Assembly (NCBI RefSeq): GCF_001462395.1
Contig: NZ_LNTB01000001.1
Span: 240,001 to 272,000 of the forward strand
DNA from: Pyrodictium occultum
Lineage (GTDB): Archaea; Thermoproteota; Thermoprotei_A; Sulfolobales; Pyrodictiaceae
Direction: 5' to 3'
DNA: 32,000 nucleotides
Made by a program: the position numbers and the translations under genes. The notes under the pieces are model-generated. The model had not been told where the DNA came from, did no database searches, and saw only the letters and a list, made by a program, of their open reading frames with translations. Shown piece by piece: positions 1 through 10,576 of the stretch (the first letter of the stretch is position 1; each line of letters starts with the position of its first letter).

Positions 1-186
1 GACAGCCATAGACCTTGGAACGTGCGCCGAGAGCGGGGGCGAGGCGGTGGCAAGGCCGTGGCCGGGGCCTTGTGGAGTCATCCTCCTACCCCGCGCCTAC
101 CCCTAGAGGAGGCCGGCAGGGCTTACAGGGAATGCCCGAGGGCCGCGTTATAGGCCGCGCCGCCCTCCCGGCCCCCGGGGTGGCCC

Positions 187-478
187 GGCTATGGTGGTGG
201 ACCTGGGCTTCGAGTTATCCTACCTGCTCAGTGACGCGCTCGGCCGGAGGGTGGAGGTCCAGGGCTACAGCTTCGACCCGGGGAAGGCGCTGCTCTGCAT
301 AGACGCGCTCGTGGAGGGCAGGGGCCCGAGGAGGCTATGGTGGTGGACCTGGGCTTCGAGTTATCCTACCTGCTCAGTGACGCGCTCGGCCGGAGGGTGG
401 AGGTCCAGGGCTACAGCTTCGACCCGGGGAAGGCGCTGCTCTGCATAGACGCGCTCGTGGAGGGCAGGGGCCCGAGGA
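187..478. repeat. Perfect tandem direct duplication, 2 x 146 bp (unit 1 = 187-332, unit 2 = 333-478)
   Basis: Base-by-base reading shows ggctatggtggtggacctgg...ggggcccgagga head-to-tail twice with no mismatch seen. The flanks diverge at 186 vs 332 and at 333 vs 479. ORFs 191..448 and 337..606 share an identical first 47 aa (MVVDLGFELSY...VEGRGPR). The unit length is not a multiple of 3. Confidence 0.9.
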
Positions 479-606
479 AGGCCTGCATAGAGGTTAAGCC
501 GTGCCGGGGCCTCCGGGAGGAGGCCAGGTGGGCCCGCTGCGTGTCCAAGACACTGGTACACGCGAGCGGGCTCGTGGAGAGGCTGGCCGGGCTCCTGGAG
601 GGCTAG
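337..606 (+). CDS. Hypothetical small protein (89 aa); this is the intact copy, lying in the second repeat unit
   Basis: ATG-initiated ORF with protein-like composition. Its 5' 142 nt are duplicated upstream, where ORF 191..448 reads into a frameshifted tail. Its stop TAG (604-606) overlaps the stop of the convergent methyltransferase. I recognise no family. Confidence 0.45.
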   Translation: MVVDLGFELSYLLSDALGRRVEVQGYSFDPGKALLCIDALVEGRGPRKACIEVKPCRGLREEARWARCVSKTLVHASGLVERLAGLLEG

Positions 607-2113
607 CCTCCGGGCTTCCGGAGCCTCGCTATGAAGTACCCGGTCGCCCGGTGGATGCTCGGGTGCACCCTTATGGCGTGCTCGCCGTAGAAGCCTATGC
701 CCCGGCTGAAGCGCCTGGGCCAGGCCTCCTCGAGGCGGAGGCCCAGCTCCTCCACGGCGTAGCGCATATTCTCCTCGTTCTCGCGGAGCGTCATGGTGCA
801 GGTGGAGTAGACCAGCACCCCGCCGGGCCGGAGGAGCCGCTGGGCGGCGCGGAGGAACCGCCTCTGGTACCGGGCGGCGGCCTCCACGTCGCGCAGCGTC
901 TTCCGGTCCCAGACCTTGGGTATCACGCCGAGGCTGCTGCAGGGAGGGTCGAGGATAACATAGTCCGCCACCCCGGCGCCCAGTATCCTGTCAAGCCTCC
1001 TGGAGTCGGCGCGCAGCACCTCCACCCGGTGCCCCAGCCTCCTCACCTCCTCCCTGAGCCTCTCCACCTTGCCCCTGGAGTGGTCGACAGCCACCACCCG
1101 CACCCTGCCCCCGGCCAGCTCGTAGACGTGGCCGGTCTTCCCTCCCGGCGCCGCGCACATGTCTACGACCAGGGAGCCGGGCTCCGGGGATACTTGGGTA
1201 TCACGCCGAGGCTGCTGCAGGGAGGGTCGAGGATAACATAGTCCGCCACCCCGGCGCCCAGTATCCTGTCAAGCCTCCTGGAGTCGGCGCGCAGCACCTC
1301 CACCCGGTGCCCCAGCCTCCTCACCTCCTCCCTGAGCCTCTCCACCTTGCCCCTGGAGTGGTCGACAGCCACCACCCGCACCCTGCCCCCGGCCAGCTCG
1401 TAGACGTGGCCGGTCTTCCCTCCCGGCGCCGCGCACATGTCTACGACCAGGGAGCCGGGCTCCGGGGATAGGACGTGGGCGGCCATCATGGAGGAGATGC
1501 TCTGCTCGTATATCGCGCCGCTCCTCCACCACCGGGTCTCCCTGAGGCTGGGCACCCGGTAGAGGGGCTGGACGTTCTCCACCACCAGGCCCCGCCGCGC
1601 CCGGAGAGCGGCCGGAGCCTCCTGGGCCACCACCCCCAGGGCTACGGCGGCGCCGTTCTCCGCTACAACCAGCACCTCCCTGCCCGGCCGGGCGCAGTCC
1701 TCGAGCCGGACCACGCCGGGGGCGTACACGTGGGCGCCGAGCATAACGCTCTCGGCAGCCCTCTTGTCCACCACCACCCTGCAGCCCGGGTCCCGGAGCC
1801 TCGCTGGCCCCTCGACGGGTATCCAGAGCGCCTCCTCCAGCAGCTCGTCGCGGTGCACCGGGTAGCCCTCCTTCCTCATCTCGTCGAGCAGCTCCCCGGG
1901 GTCGGCGCGGAGGGTGTTGACCCGGAAGTAGTAGCGGGACGGCGGCGCGGCGAGGGCCTCGAGGAGCCTGGGGAGCCCGTGGCGGCCATAGACCCTCTCA
2001 AGCTCCCCGAGGAGGCCCTCGTCGTACCACTCCCAGGGGCCTCCGTCGCGGTGCACCCGGGCCTCTACCTCCTCCTCCCCCTTCTCCTCACCCTCCGGAG
2101 CGGGGTGCCGCAT
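603..2113 (-). pseudogene. PUA-domain NOL1/NOP2/Sun (RsmB/Trm4-like) RNA cytosine-C5 methyltransferase, split into two ORFs (1163..2113 and 603..1160) by the 278-bp duplication
   Basis: Motif I DMCAAPGGKT, motif IV DPPCSS and motif VI YSTCT are present, with an N-terminal PUA-like region. Removing one 278-bp unit gives 1233 nt, a single in-frame ORF of 410 aa. As written, the upstream ORF frameshifts after ...GVIPK and stops at 1163. The downstream ORF restarts at the Met of the motif I sequence MCAAPGGK. Confidence 0.8.
915..1470. repeat. Perfect tandem direct duplication, 2 x 278 bp (unit 1 = 915-1192, unit 2 = 1193-1470)
   Basis: cttgggtatcacgccgaggctgctgcag...gagccgggctccggggata occurs twice head-to-tail. 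ORFs 603..1160 and 1163..2113 share an identical 82-aa block (MCAAPGGKTGHVYELAGG...DPPCSSLGVIPK). 278 is 2 mod 3. Confidence 0.9.
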
Positions 2114-2580
2114 ACCGGGCAGACCCTCTCCCCTGGCCTCCGGGAGACGTAGCCGCAGGCGGGGCAGGCGACGATGTAGTCCTCGACCCTCTCTATCCCC
2201 CGGGTGCGGAGCGGCATGTACTCGAGCCCCAGGATGGCCGCGAGGTTCTGGACGGCGTAGTCGTCTGTCACGACCACCACGGGCAGCCCCTCCTCAGCCA
2301 GCTCCAGCGCCAGCGCGGCCACGCTAGTGTCCGTCCGGCTGAGCGAGGAGTGGAGCCCGGCCCGGGCGGCCTCGCGGAGGACCCGCCTTAGAGCCGCCGG
2401 CCTCGGGTCCCTTACCTCCACCCTGCCGAGCCCCAGGGCCAGCTCCAGGCCCTCCCTGCTCCAGCTGTCCCGCACCTCCTCCACCACGAGGCTGGTGGTG
2501 TAGAGCCTCCCGCTCCCCGGGGCGTAGAGGGGCCACCTGGCTATGAACGCCGTCGTGTCTAGCACGTAGGCCTTCTCCAT
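2065..2580 (-). CDS. nob1: Nob1-like endoribonuclease (PIN domain plus C-terminal zinc ribbon), 16S rRNA 3'-end maturation
   Basis: 171 aa. N-terminal PIN signature (YVLDTTAFI ... VVTDDYAVQN) and C-terminal CPACG-x12-CPVCG ribbon. This is the typical archaeal Nob1 architecture. Confidence 0.8.
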   Translation of the reverse strand: MEKAYVLDTTAFIARWPLYAPGSGRLYTTSLVVEEVRDSWSREGLELALGLGRVEVRDPRPAALRRVLREAARAGLHSSLSRTDTSVAALALELAEEGLPVVVVTDDYAVQNLAAILGLEYMPLRTRGIERVEDYIVACPACGYVSRRPGERVCPVCGTPLRRVRRRGRRR

Positions 2581-3383
2581 GGCAGCCTCAGCTTCCCCCC
2601 TCCACGGTACCTCGCTATGCGCGCCGGGGGGCCGCGGAGCACGGCCTCGATCACCGCGCCCCTGGCGAGGAGGCTCTCCCGGACCCCGTCTATAATCAGC
2701 TTAACCGGCCTCGTGGTCCGCTCCACAACCAGGCGCACCGGCTCCCCGCCGGGGGCGACTATGCTCCCTATCCTCCTGTCCAGAGGGTTGACCGGCACCA
2801 CCGCCACGGCGTCGAGCCCTGGGTGGAGCACGGGGCCCCCGGCGCTGTAGCAGTAGGCGGTGCTCCCGGTCGGGGTGGCGATTATCAGCCCGTCGCCCTC
2901 GAGGTCCTCGTAGGCCGTCTCGCCGCCCAGCTCCACCCGGAGCCCGGCCACCTTGGAGCCAAGCGCCAGCACGGCGGCCTCGTTGAGCGCGTAGGATACG
3001 CCGCCTCTGGCGCGGACGATGAGCCTGGGGTGCTCCTCCACCCGGAACCGGCCCTCCACGAAGTCCGCTAGCCTCTCCATAGACGCCCTCGGCCCCTCGT
3101 CGAAGAGGAAGGCCCGCCGCCCCAGCCGGACTAGGTGGAGCACCGGGTTCCTGGCGCCGAGGAGCTGGAGGAGGCGGAGCAGCGTCCCATCCCCGCCTAT
3201 CACCACCACGCCCTCCACGTCGTCGAAGCGTAGGTCCACCCCTGGGCCTCCCAGCGGCCCAGCTATGGAGATGTCGTAGGCCGGCTCCGCGCCCAGCTTC
3301 AGGAGGCGGCGGTAAGCCTCTCTAGCCAGCTCCAGCGCCTCCACGCGGTCGGGCCTGGCGTATATGGCGACGCGCCGGGGCAT
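2559..3383 (-). CDS. nadK: NAD kinase
   Basis: GGDGT motif (VVVIGGDGTLL), NEAAV and ATPTGSTAY motifs. The start is set at ATG 3383 (MPRRVAIYARP...). The 121-aa N-terminal extension of ORF 2559..3746 is Ser/Ala/Arg-rich and reads as non-coding. Confidence 0.85.
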   Translation of the reverse strand: MPRRVAIYARPDRVEALELAREAYRRLLKLGAEPAYDISIAGPLGGPGVDLRFDDVEGVVVIGGDGTLLRLLQLLGARNPVLHLVRLGRRAFLFDEGPRASMERLADFVEGRFRVEEHPRLIVRARGGVSYALNEAAVLALGSKVAGLRVELGGETAYEDLEGDGLIIATPTGSTAYCYSAGGPVLHPGLDAVAVVPVNPLDRRIGSIVAPGGEPVRLVVERTTRPVKLIIDGVRESLLARGAVIEAVLRGPPARIARYRGGGKLRLPWRRPTC

Positions 3384-3483
3384 GGAGGGGTCACCGGCCC
3401 GCTGCCTATGCCTCGTCACCGGGCGGCAATGCGGCGAGGCAGCGCGCGGGCTGCTGCACAGCCGCCGGCTATCAACGCGGCGG

Positions 3484-4407
3484 ATGCGGCCGGTTAAACA
3501 ATGCTGCACCCGCGGCCCCGCCCCAGTATTCGCGGCGGAGGCGGCGGGGGAGGAGCTGAGGAGCGCTAGGGAGGAGTTGCTCGCAGCCTGCGCCGGGCTC
3601 GTGGAGGTGGTGGAGACCAGCTGCACCATGCTCGAGGAGCGCCGGCCGCCGGTCTCATACGTGCTGGTGGGCAGGGTGGCGGTGGTCTCGCTGGACGAGA
3701 GACTACGGGGCAGGGAGAGGCAGGTGGCGGAGGAGCTGCTCCGCACGGTGCCGGGGATAGTGGCGGTCTACGGCAAGGAGGCCACGGTGGGGGAGTACCG
3801 GGCCCAGAGGCTCATCCACCTCGCCGGCGAGAGGGTGGAGGAGACCATGCACGTCGAGCACGGCCTCCGCATACCAGTGCCCCTCGGCAGGGTCTACATC
3901 AACCCGAGGCTCGCGGCCGAGCACCGCCGCGTCGCCGAGATGATAGGCAGGGACGAGGTGGTGCTCGACATGTTCAGCGGTGTTGGAGGCTTCAGCCTCG
4001 TCGCCTCGGCGCTGGGCAGGGGAAGGCTGATAGTAGCCAACGACGCCAACCCCTGGGCGGTCTCGGGCCTGGCCCGCGCCATCGAGATGAACAAGGGTAG
4101 GCTCAGGACGCCGATAGTCGTGCTGAGGAGCGACGCCCGCCTCCTGCCGGAGCTGCTGAAGCCCATATTCACGAGGATAATAATGAACCTGCCCCACTCC
4201 GCGGTGGAGTTCATCCCTGTGGCGAGGAGGCTCTGCAGCCCCAGGGGCTGCATACTCCACGTCTACACATTGGCCTCTAGCAGCGAGGAGGCGCTAGCCA
4301 GGGTTCCGGGCGGGGTCTCCGCCACCAGGGTCCTCGACTACGCACCCCGCAAGTTCATATACCGTGTCGACGTCCCCGTCCGGGGTGAAGACGACGTAGA
4401 GGGCTAG
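3484..4407 (+). CDS. trm5: tRNA (guanine37-N1)-methyltransferase Trm5 / Met-10+ family SAM-dependent methyltransferase
   Basis: VLDMFSGVGGFSL (SAM motif I), ANDANP and IIMNLPHSA (NLP catalytic loop). The start is uncertain: in-frame candidates are 3364, 3484 (ATG), 3577 (TTG), 3601 (GTG) and 3628 (ATG). Confidence 0.75.
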   Translation: MRPVKQCCTRGPAPVFAAEAAGEELRSAREELLAACAGLVEVVETSCTMLEERRPPVSYVLVGRVAVVSLDERLRGRERQVAEELLRTVPGIVAVYGKEATVGEYRAQRLIHLAGERVEETMHVEHGLRIPVPLGRVYINPRLAAEHRRVAEMIGRDEVVLDMFSGVGGFSLVASALGRGRLIVANDANPWAVSGLARAIEMNKGRLRTPIVVLRSDARLLPELLKPIFTRIIMNLPHSAVEFIPVARRLCSPRGCILHVYTLASSSEEALARVPGGVSATRVLDYAPRKFIYRVDVPVRGEDDVEG

Positions 4408-4791
4408 GCACCTCGTATAGCTGCTCGCCAGCAGCCTCCGGAGGCCCTCGGGCAGGTCGCGCGCCGCCTTATCGGCAGCGATCACCACGCTGTCGCGGCG
4501 GTGGCAGCTCCTCCTCGCTATCAGCCTCCCCGGCTCAGCCGCCGGCGAGAGCCCCTCAACCACGGCACCCGCCGCGCCGGGGGGATGGAGGGAGAGGGCA
4601 GCTATGTAGAGGGCGGCCAGCCCCTTCCCGGAGCTGCATCCAGCGATGCTGCCCTGACAGGAGACGCAGGCCACGCAGTCGCCCCGGGGTGTGAGCCTCG
4701 GCTCCCTCTCCAGCTCGAGCGTAGAGGGGTGGGCCAGCTGCACGTTGGGATGGCCCCTGCACCGCAGCAGCCTGATGCACGCCCCTGCCAA
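4294..4791 (-). CDS. DUF371 family protein
   Basis: RCRGHPNVQLAHPSTLELEREPRLTPRGDCVACV resembles the DUF371 signature (H.n. ..H.tT.E.Tk...Lt..GDCIigV). The 3' end overlaps the Trm5 3' end by 114 bp, so the true stop or C-terminus is uncertain. Confidence 0.55.
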   Translation of the reverse strand: MAGACIRLLRCRGHPNVQLAHPSTLELEREPRLTPRGDCVACVSCQGSIAGCSSGKGLAALYIAALSLHPPGAAGAVVEGLSPAAEPGRLIARRSCHRRDSVVIAADKAARDLPEGLRRLLASSYTRCLALYVVFTPDGDVDTVYELAGCVVEDPGGGDPARNPG

Positions 4792-4879
4792 CCTCTTCCC
4801 GGGCCTCCAGGCACCTCCTGGGGGCCAGGGGGCTTAGATAGGGCAGGCGCGCCCGTCAAGCCTGGAGAGTGGCCGGGGA

Positions 4880-5578
4880 ATGCAGCGGGAGCTAGAGGAG
4901 GCGCGCCAGAGGCTTGTGGAGAGGCTCGTCCACGAGGGCTATATACGCTCCGAGCACGTCAAGAGGGCTATGCTCCGGGTGCCCCGGGAGCTCTTCCTCC
5001 CCGAGGACCTAAGGCACCTGGCTTACGAGGACACCCCGCTCCCCATAGGCCATGGGCAGACTATAAGCGCGCCCCACATGGTCGCCATGATGACGGAGCT
5101 GGCGGAGCTCGAGCCGGGAATGAAGGTGCTTGAGGTGGGAACGGGCTCCGGCTACCACGCGGCTGTGATAGCGGAGGTGGTCGCGCCCAGCGGCACGCCG
5201 AGGGAGAAGTGGGGCCACGTCTACACGGTGGAGAGGATCCCAGAGCTCGCGGAGCGCGCCCGCTTCAACCTGGAGAGGGCGGGTTACAGCGACCGCGTCG
5301 CAGTGATAGTGGGGGACGGGAGCAAGGGCTACCCCTCAGCTGCGCCCTACGACAGGATAATCGTGACGGCCGCGGCCCCCGAGGTGCCCAGGCCCCTGCC
5401 GGAGCAGCTACGGCCAGGCGGGAAAATAGTCATACCCATAGGGGATAGGTACATGCAGTACCTCTATGTAGTCGAGAAGCTGCCTGATGGCAGGCTGAAA
5501 AAACGCCCAGTTACACCGTGCATATTCGTGCCCCTCGTCGGGGAGCACGGGTGGCGGGAGCACGAGTCTTGGGTCTAG
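4880..5578 (+). CDS. pcm: Protein-L-isoaspartate O-methyltransferase
   Basis: [24 protein letters not shown] and [10 protein letters not shown] motifs; 232 aa. Confidence 0.9.
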   Translation: MQRELEEARQRLVERLVHEGYIRSEHVKRAMLRVPRELFLPEDLRHLAYEDTPLPIGHGQTISAPHMVAMMTELAELEPGMKVLEVGTGSGYHAAVIAEVVAPSGTPREKWGHVYTVERIPELAERARFNLERAGYSDRVAVIVGDGSKGYPSAAPYDRIIVTAAAPEVPRPLPEQLRPGGKIVIPIGDRYMQYLYVVEKLPDGRLKKRPVTPCIFVPLVGEHGWREHESWV

Positions 5579-6627
5579 CGGCGCAGCCACGCATCCAGAC
5601 CCATCTGGCGGCCCTGGAAGTGCTCGCGGTACGCCCTCCGCAGCCTCTCCAGCGCGTTCTTAACACGCTCCGGGTTGAAGTCGTGCTCCTCCACGAGTAT
5701 CTCGAGGACCCTCTTCTCGTCGGGCTCCCTCCACTCGAGCTTATAGTCGCTGGTCACTGGGGGGTTCAGGAAGTACTCGTAGATCTTCAGTGGGTCGACC
5801 GGGAACTCGTGGCGCGGGAGCCCCTGGAGGAGCTTCACGGGGTCCCGGTGGGTCTGCACCATCTTCAGCGCCGTCTTGGGCCCGATCCCCCGGACGCCGT
5901 CCGGGTTGTAGTCGGTGCCTATGAGTATGCCTAGGGCTATCAACTGCTCCCTCGTAATGCCCAGTGCCTTGAGCAGCTTCTCGAGCTCCACCAGCTCCGG
6001 CTTAACCTCTACGTAGACGTTCTTCCTGGGCAGCTTCCTCTTACCCGTTATAGCGAGGTTCCGGGCAAGCCTCGGGGCCCCGAAGAGCAGGGAGTCGTAG
6101 TCCTGGCTCGCCGCGGCCCAGGCGTCGCCCTTCCGGGCCATGTAGGCGGCCTGCGCCTCCCCCTCCGCCGGCGCCTGCACGTAGGGTATCCCCATGGCCT
6201 CCAGCAGCTTCTTAGCGTCCTCCACCATCTCGTCGGTGAGTCTCGCCGCTGCCTGGGCGTAGCGCCTCGCCGCCTCCTGGTCGCCCCTCTTCACTGCCTC
6301 CTCGTACTTCCGCACAGCCTCCGCCTTGACACGCTTCCTCCTCTCTATCTCGAGATACTTCATCTCCGGCGGCTTCCCGTCGAAGACGTAGACCACCTTT
6401 ACCCCGTGCTCGGCCAGGTTTATGGTGCGGTAGAAGAGGCCGCTGAGATGGCTGGTGACCCTGCCACGCGAGTCCATGAGCGGCGTGCCGTCCGGCTGCC
6501 TTATCGCGGTGAGGAACTGGTAGAGCGCGTTGTAGGCGTCTATGGCTACAACCTTGTAGCGCAGCGAGTCGAGCTCTATTTCCGTTACAGCCTCCTTGGG
6601 TATGATCTCGCGGAGGTTGACGCCCAC
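5575..6627 (-). CDS. fen: Flap endonuclease 1
   Basis: MGVNLREI..., [35 protein letters not shown] and the H3TH region [10 protein letters not shown]-terminal PIP box [11 protein letters not shown] start. Confidence 0.95.
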   Translation of the reverse strand: MGVNLREIIPKEAVTEIELDSLRYKVVAIDAYNALYQFLTAIRQPDGTPLMDSRGRVTSHLSGLFYRTINLAEHGVKVVYVFDGKPPEMKYLEIERRKRVKAEAVRKYEEAVKRGDQEAARRYAQAAARLTDEMVEDAKKLLEAMGIPYVQAPAEGEAQAAYMARKGDAWAAASQDYDSLLFGAPRLARNLAITGKRKLPRKNVYVEVKPELVELEKLLKALGITREQLIALGILIGTDYNPDGVRGIGPKTALKMVQTHRDPVKLLQGLPRHEFPVDPLKIYEYFLNPPVTSDYKLEWREPDEKRVLEILVEEHDFNPERVKNALERLRRAYREHFQGRQMGLDAWLRR

Positions 6628-6666
6628 GGCTCCCCCTATACCCCGGGGGATAGGCTTGAGGCCCCG

Positions 6667-6903
6667 TTAAGGTTTCCTAAGCAGCTCCACGTTCCTGAGG
6701 TTCTCCTTCAGCACAGAGACGTAGACTATACCCTGCATCTCCAGCTTCATCAGCGCGTGGAGGAGCTCGGCGAACGTGATATCCATTTTATCCCTAAGAG
6801 CCTTGTAGAGGTCCACGTCCTTGGCGCTCCCGCCTTTCCGCTCAAGCTCCTCTATTATGGCGTAGTGGAGGGGTAGGCTCCTCCAGGTATCCGAGGCGGT
6901 CAT
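6667..6903 (-). CDS. Small conserved hypothetical protein, winged-helix-like (78 aa)
   Basis: ATG preceded by GGAGGTG about 12 nt upstream. Composition is protein-like. I recognise no family with certainty. Confidence 0.5.
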   Translation of the reverse strand: MTASDTWRSLPLHYAIIEELERKGGSAKDVDLYKALRDKMDITFAELLHALMKLEMQGIVYVSVLKENLRNVELLRKP

Positions 6904-7019
6904 GCCGGCTAGACACCTCCCTAGCCTACCTCAATGCAGGCCCTGCCCCGGGGGCCGGGGGCGGGGTGTGTAGGAGCAGGGGCGGGGAGGGGAAACGCGG
7001 TAGGGGGTAGTCGGCGTGT

Positions 7020-9233
<2,214 letters not shown>

Positions 9234-9452
9234 TTACCCCTTTTACACCGTCTTCCCTCCGGCCTGGGGGCGCACCCTGGTGAGTAAGGGTATGGTTACA
9301 CTGCGCCCCTCATTAACCGTGCTGAGCCCTGGAGCCTGGTATATATCATACCCCGCCGCGCGAGGAAGAGGCGTCTAGCAGGCCAGCCCTGGAACGGGTG
9401 GCGCCGAGGCCCGGCCCCCCGGGGCCTCAAAACATCCCGGTGGCGTGGGCGG

Positions 9453-9731
9453 CTAGTAGCTGGAGACCCTGTGGACAGTCTCTACCTCTATCTCCTCGAC
9501 GCCCTCGACGCCGCGCAGGAGCTCCTCGAGCTTAGAGGTGCCTCCCTCGCTCTCCTCCGGTATCAGTATGTATAGCTTGAGGGCGTTGAGCCCGAATGCT
9601 ATCGGGACCTTGTCGTAGCGGGTCACCTCGTAGTCTCGTGGCAGCTTCTCCTCTATCCTCTTTACGAGCTGCTCCAGGTCTATGTCCGTGCTAGACGGAT
9701 ATACCGACGCTACTACCAGTACCTTCGCCAT
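9453..9731 (-). CDS. ef1b: Translation elongation factor aEF-1 beta
   Basis: 92 aa starting MAKVLVVASVYPSS...; KVPIAFGLNALKLYILIPE is typical of aEF-1beta. The longer ORF 9453..9944 overlaps the upstream Zn-ribbon gene and is rejected. Confidence 0.85.
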   Translation of the reverse strand: MAKVLVVASVYPSSTDIDLEQLVKRIEEKLPRDYEVTRYDKVPIAFGLNALKLYILIPEESEGGTSKLEELLRGVEGVEEIEVETVHRVSSY

Positions 9732-9790
9732 GCTGCCACACCCCTGCAGGACCGTCCACGCCAATCCCGGGGCTAGAATGCTGCCGTGCC

Positions 9791-10006
9791 CTAGGGGCCC
9801 TCGAACCCGCACTTCGGGCAGCGGTAAGGGACACCCATCTTCCTGCAGCGGGAGCAGCGCCAGATCACTACCTCGCCGCAGTTGGGGCAGAGGAACGCCA
9901 CTCCCTTCTCCCAGGGCGATATTGGCCTGTTGCAGCTGGTGCACACGGGTACCTTGGTGGCCTCTACTATGCTGGGCTTCCGCGGCACCTCAAGGCTCAG
10001 CGACAC
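9791..10006 (-). CDS. Zn-ribbon RNA-binding protein (COG2888-type), the usual upstream partner of aEF-1beta
   Basis: 71 aa with four CxxC pairs (CTSC, CPNC, CSRC, CPKC). GTG start. The conserved archaeal synteny with ef1b comes from established knowledge. Confidence 0.75.
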   Translation of the reverse strand: MSLSLEVPRKPSIVEATKVPVCTSCNRPISPWEKGVAFLCPNCGEVVIWRCSRCRKMGVPYRCPKCGFEGP

Positions 10007-10043
10007 GGCCTCGACCCCGCCCCGGCCCCGTGGCTGCGGCCAG

Positions 10044-10050
10044 TTAATTA
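10044..10050. promoter_or_regulatory. Palindromic TTAATTA TATA-like element shared by divergent genes
   Basis: This is the only AT-rich element in the 74-bp divergent spacer. Its centre is about 34 nt from the pth2 ATG (10081) and about 41 nt from the Zn-ribbon GTG (10006). That spacing fits short-leader transcripts in both directions. Confidence 0.4.
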
Positions 10051-10080
10051 CTGTCTTGCGCCGCGCCCGGCGCCCTGGGG

Positions 10081-10473
10081 ATGGCAGCCGGTATGATGGG
10101 GCCTGGGCAGGAGTACAAGCAGGTCATAGCCGTGAGGACTGATATAAGGATGAGCAGGGGGAAGCTGGCCGCCCAGGTGGCCCACGCCGCGGTGGAGGCG
10201 GTGCTGCTCATAATAGATAGCGGCAACCCGGAGTGGAGCCGCTGGCTCCGCGAGTGGAGGATACAGGGCCAGAAGAAGGTGGTGGTGAAGGTCTCGAGCG
10301 AGCAGGAGCTGCTCTGGGTCCACCAGGAGGCCCGGCGCCTAGGCCTCCCAGCCTCCCTCGTGGCGGACGCCGGCCGCACCGAGCTCCCCCCGGGCACCAG
10401 GACAGCAGCCGCCGTGGGGCCAGCCCCCAGCCAGCTGGTGGACAGGGTTACGGGGAGGCTCAAGCTCCTCTAG
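10081..10473 (+). CDS. pth2: Peptidyl-tRNA hydrolase, archaeal type (Pth2)
   Basis: [25 protein letters not shown] ... [19 protein letters not shown] matches the Pth2 core; 130 aa. Confidence 0.9.
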   Translation: MAAGMMGPGQEYKQVIAVRTDIRMSRGKLAAQVAHAAVEAVLLIIDSGNPEWSRWLREWRIQGQKKVVVKVSSEQELLWVHQEARRLGLPASLVADAGRTELPPGTRTAAAVGPAPSQLVDRVTGRLKLL

Positions 10474-10576
10474 CCGCCGGGGGCGGTGGGCTATAGGGCT
10501 CTGCAGGAGCAGGAACCCGCTAGACCTCCTCCTAGGCCTCGAGTACCGGGTACGCTGCGGCGAGCCCCTGGCCTGC

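Noticed and set aside
1-153. Partial genes at the left edge: a plus-strand frame-1 ORF ending at TAG 151-153, and a minus-strand ATG at 81 preceded by GGAGG
   Set aside because: Both translations are short and Gly/Arg/Pro-rich and match no motif I recognise. There is insufficient evidence to call either one.
501-1241. Long ORFs antisense to, or in alternate frames of, recognised genes. Examples are 501..1241, 1475..2152, 7426..7887, 12794..13636, 14147..14968, 15236..15718, 23415..24383, 24121..24951, 25413..25898, 28896..29585 and 30191..31243.
   Set aside because: Each one overlaps a gene with clear family motifs on the other strand or frame. Their translations are dominated by Pro/Arg/Gly/Ala/Ser, as expected for out-of-frame reading of GC-rich coding DNA. 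Long ORFs of this kind arise easily in a stop-codon-poor, high-GC genome.
3384-3746. The 121-aa N-terminal extension of the NAD kinase ORF
   Set aside because: It is Ser/Ala/Thr/Arg-rich with no NAD kinase similarity. It runs antisense through the divergent trm5 5' region. The canonical N-terminus MPRRVAIYARP begins at ATG 3383.
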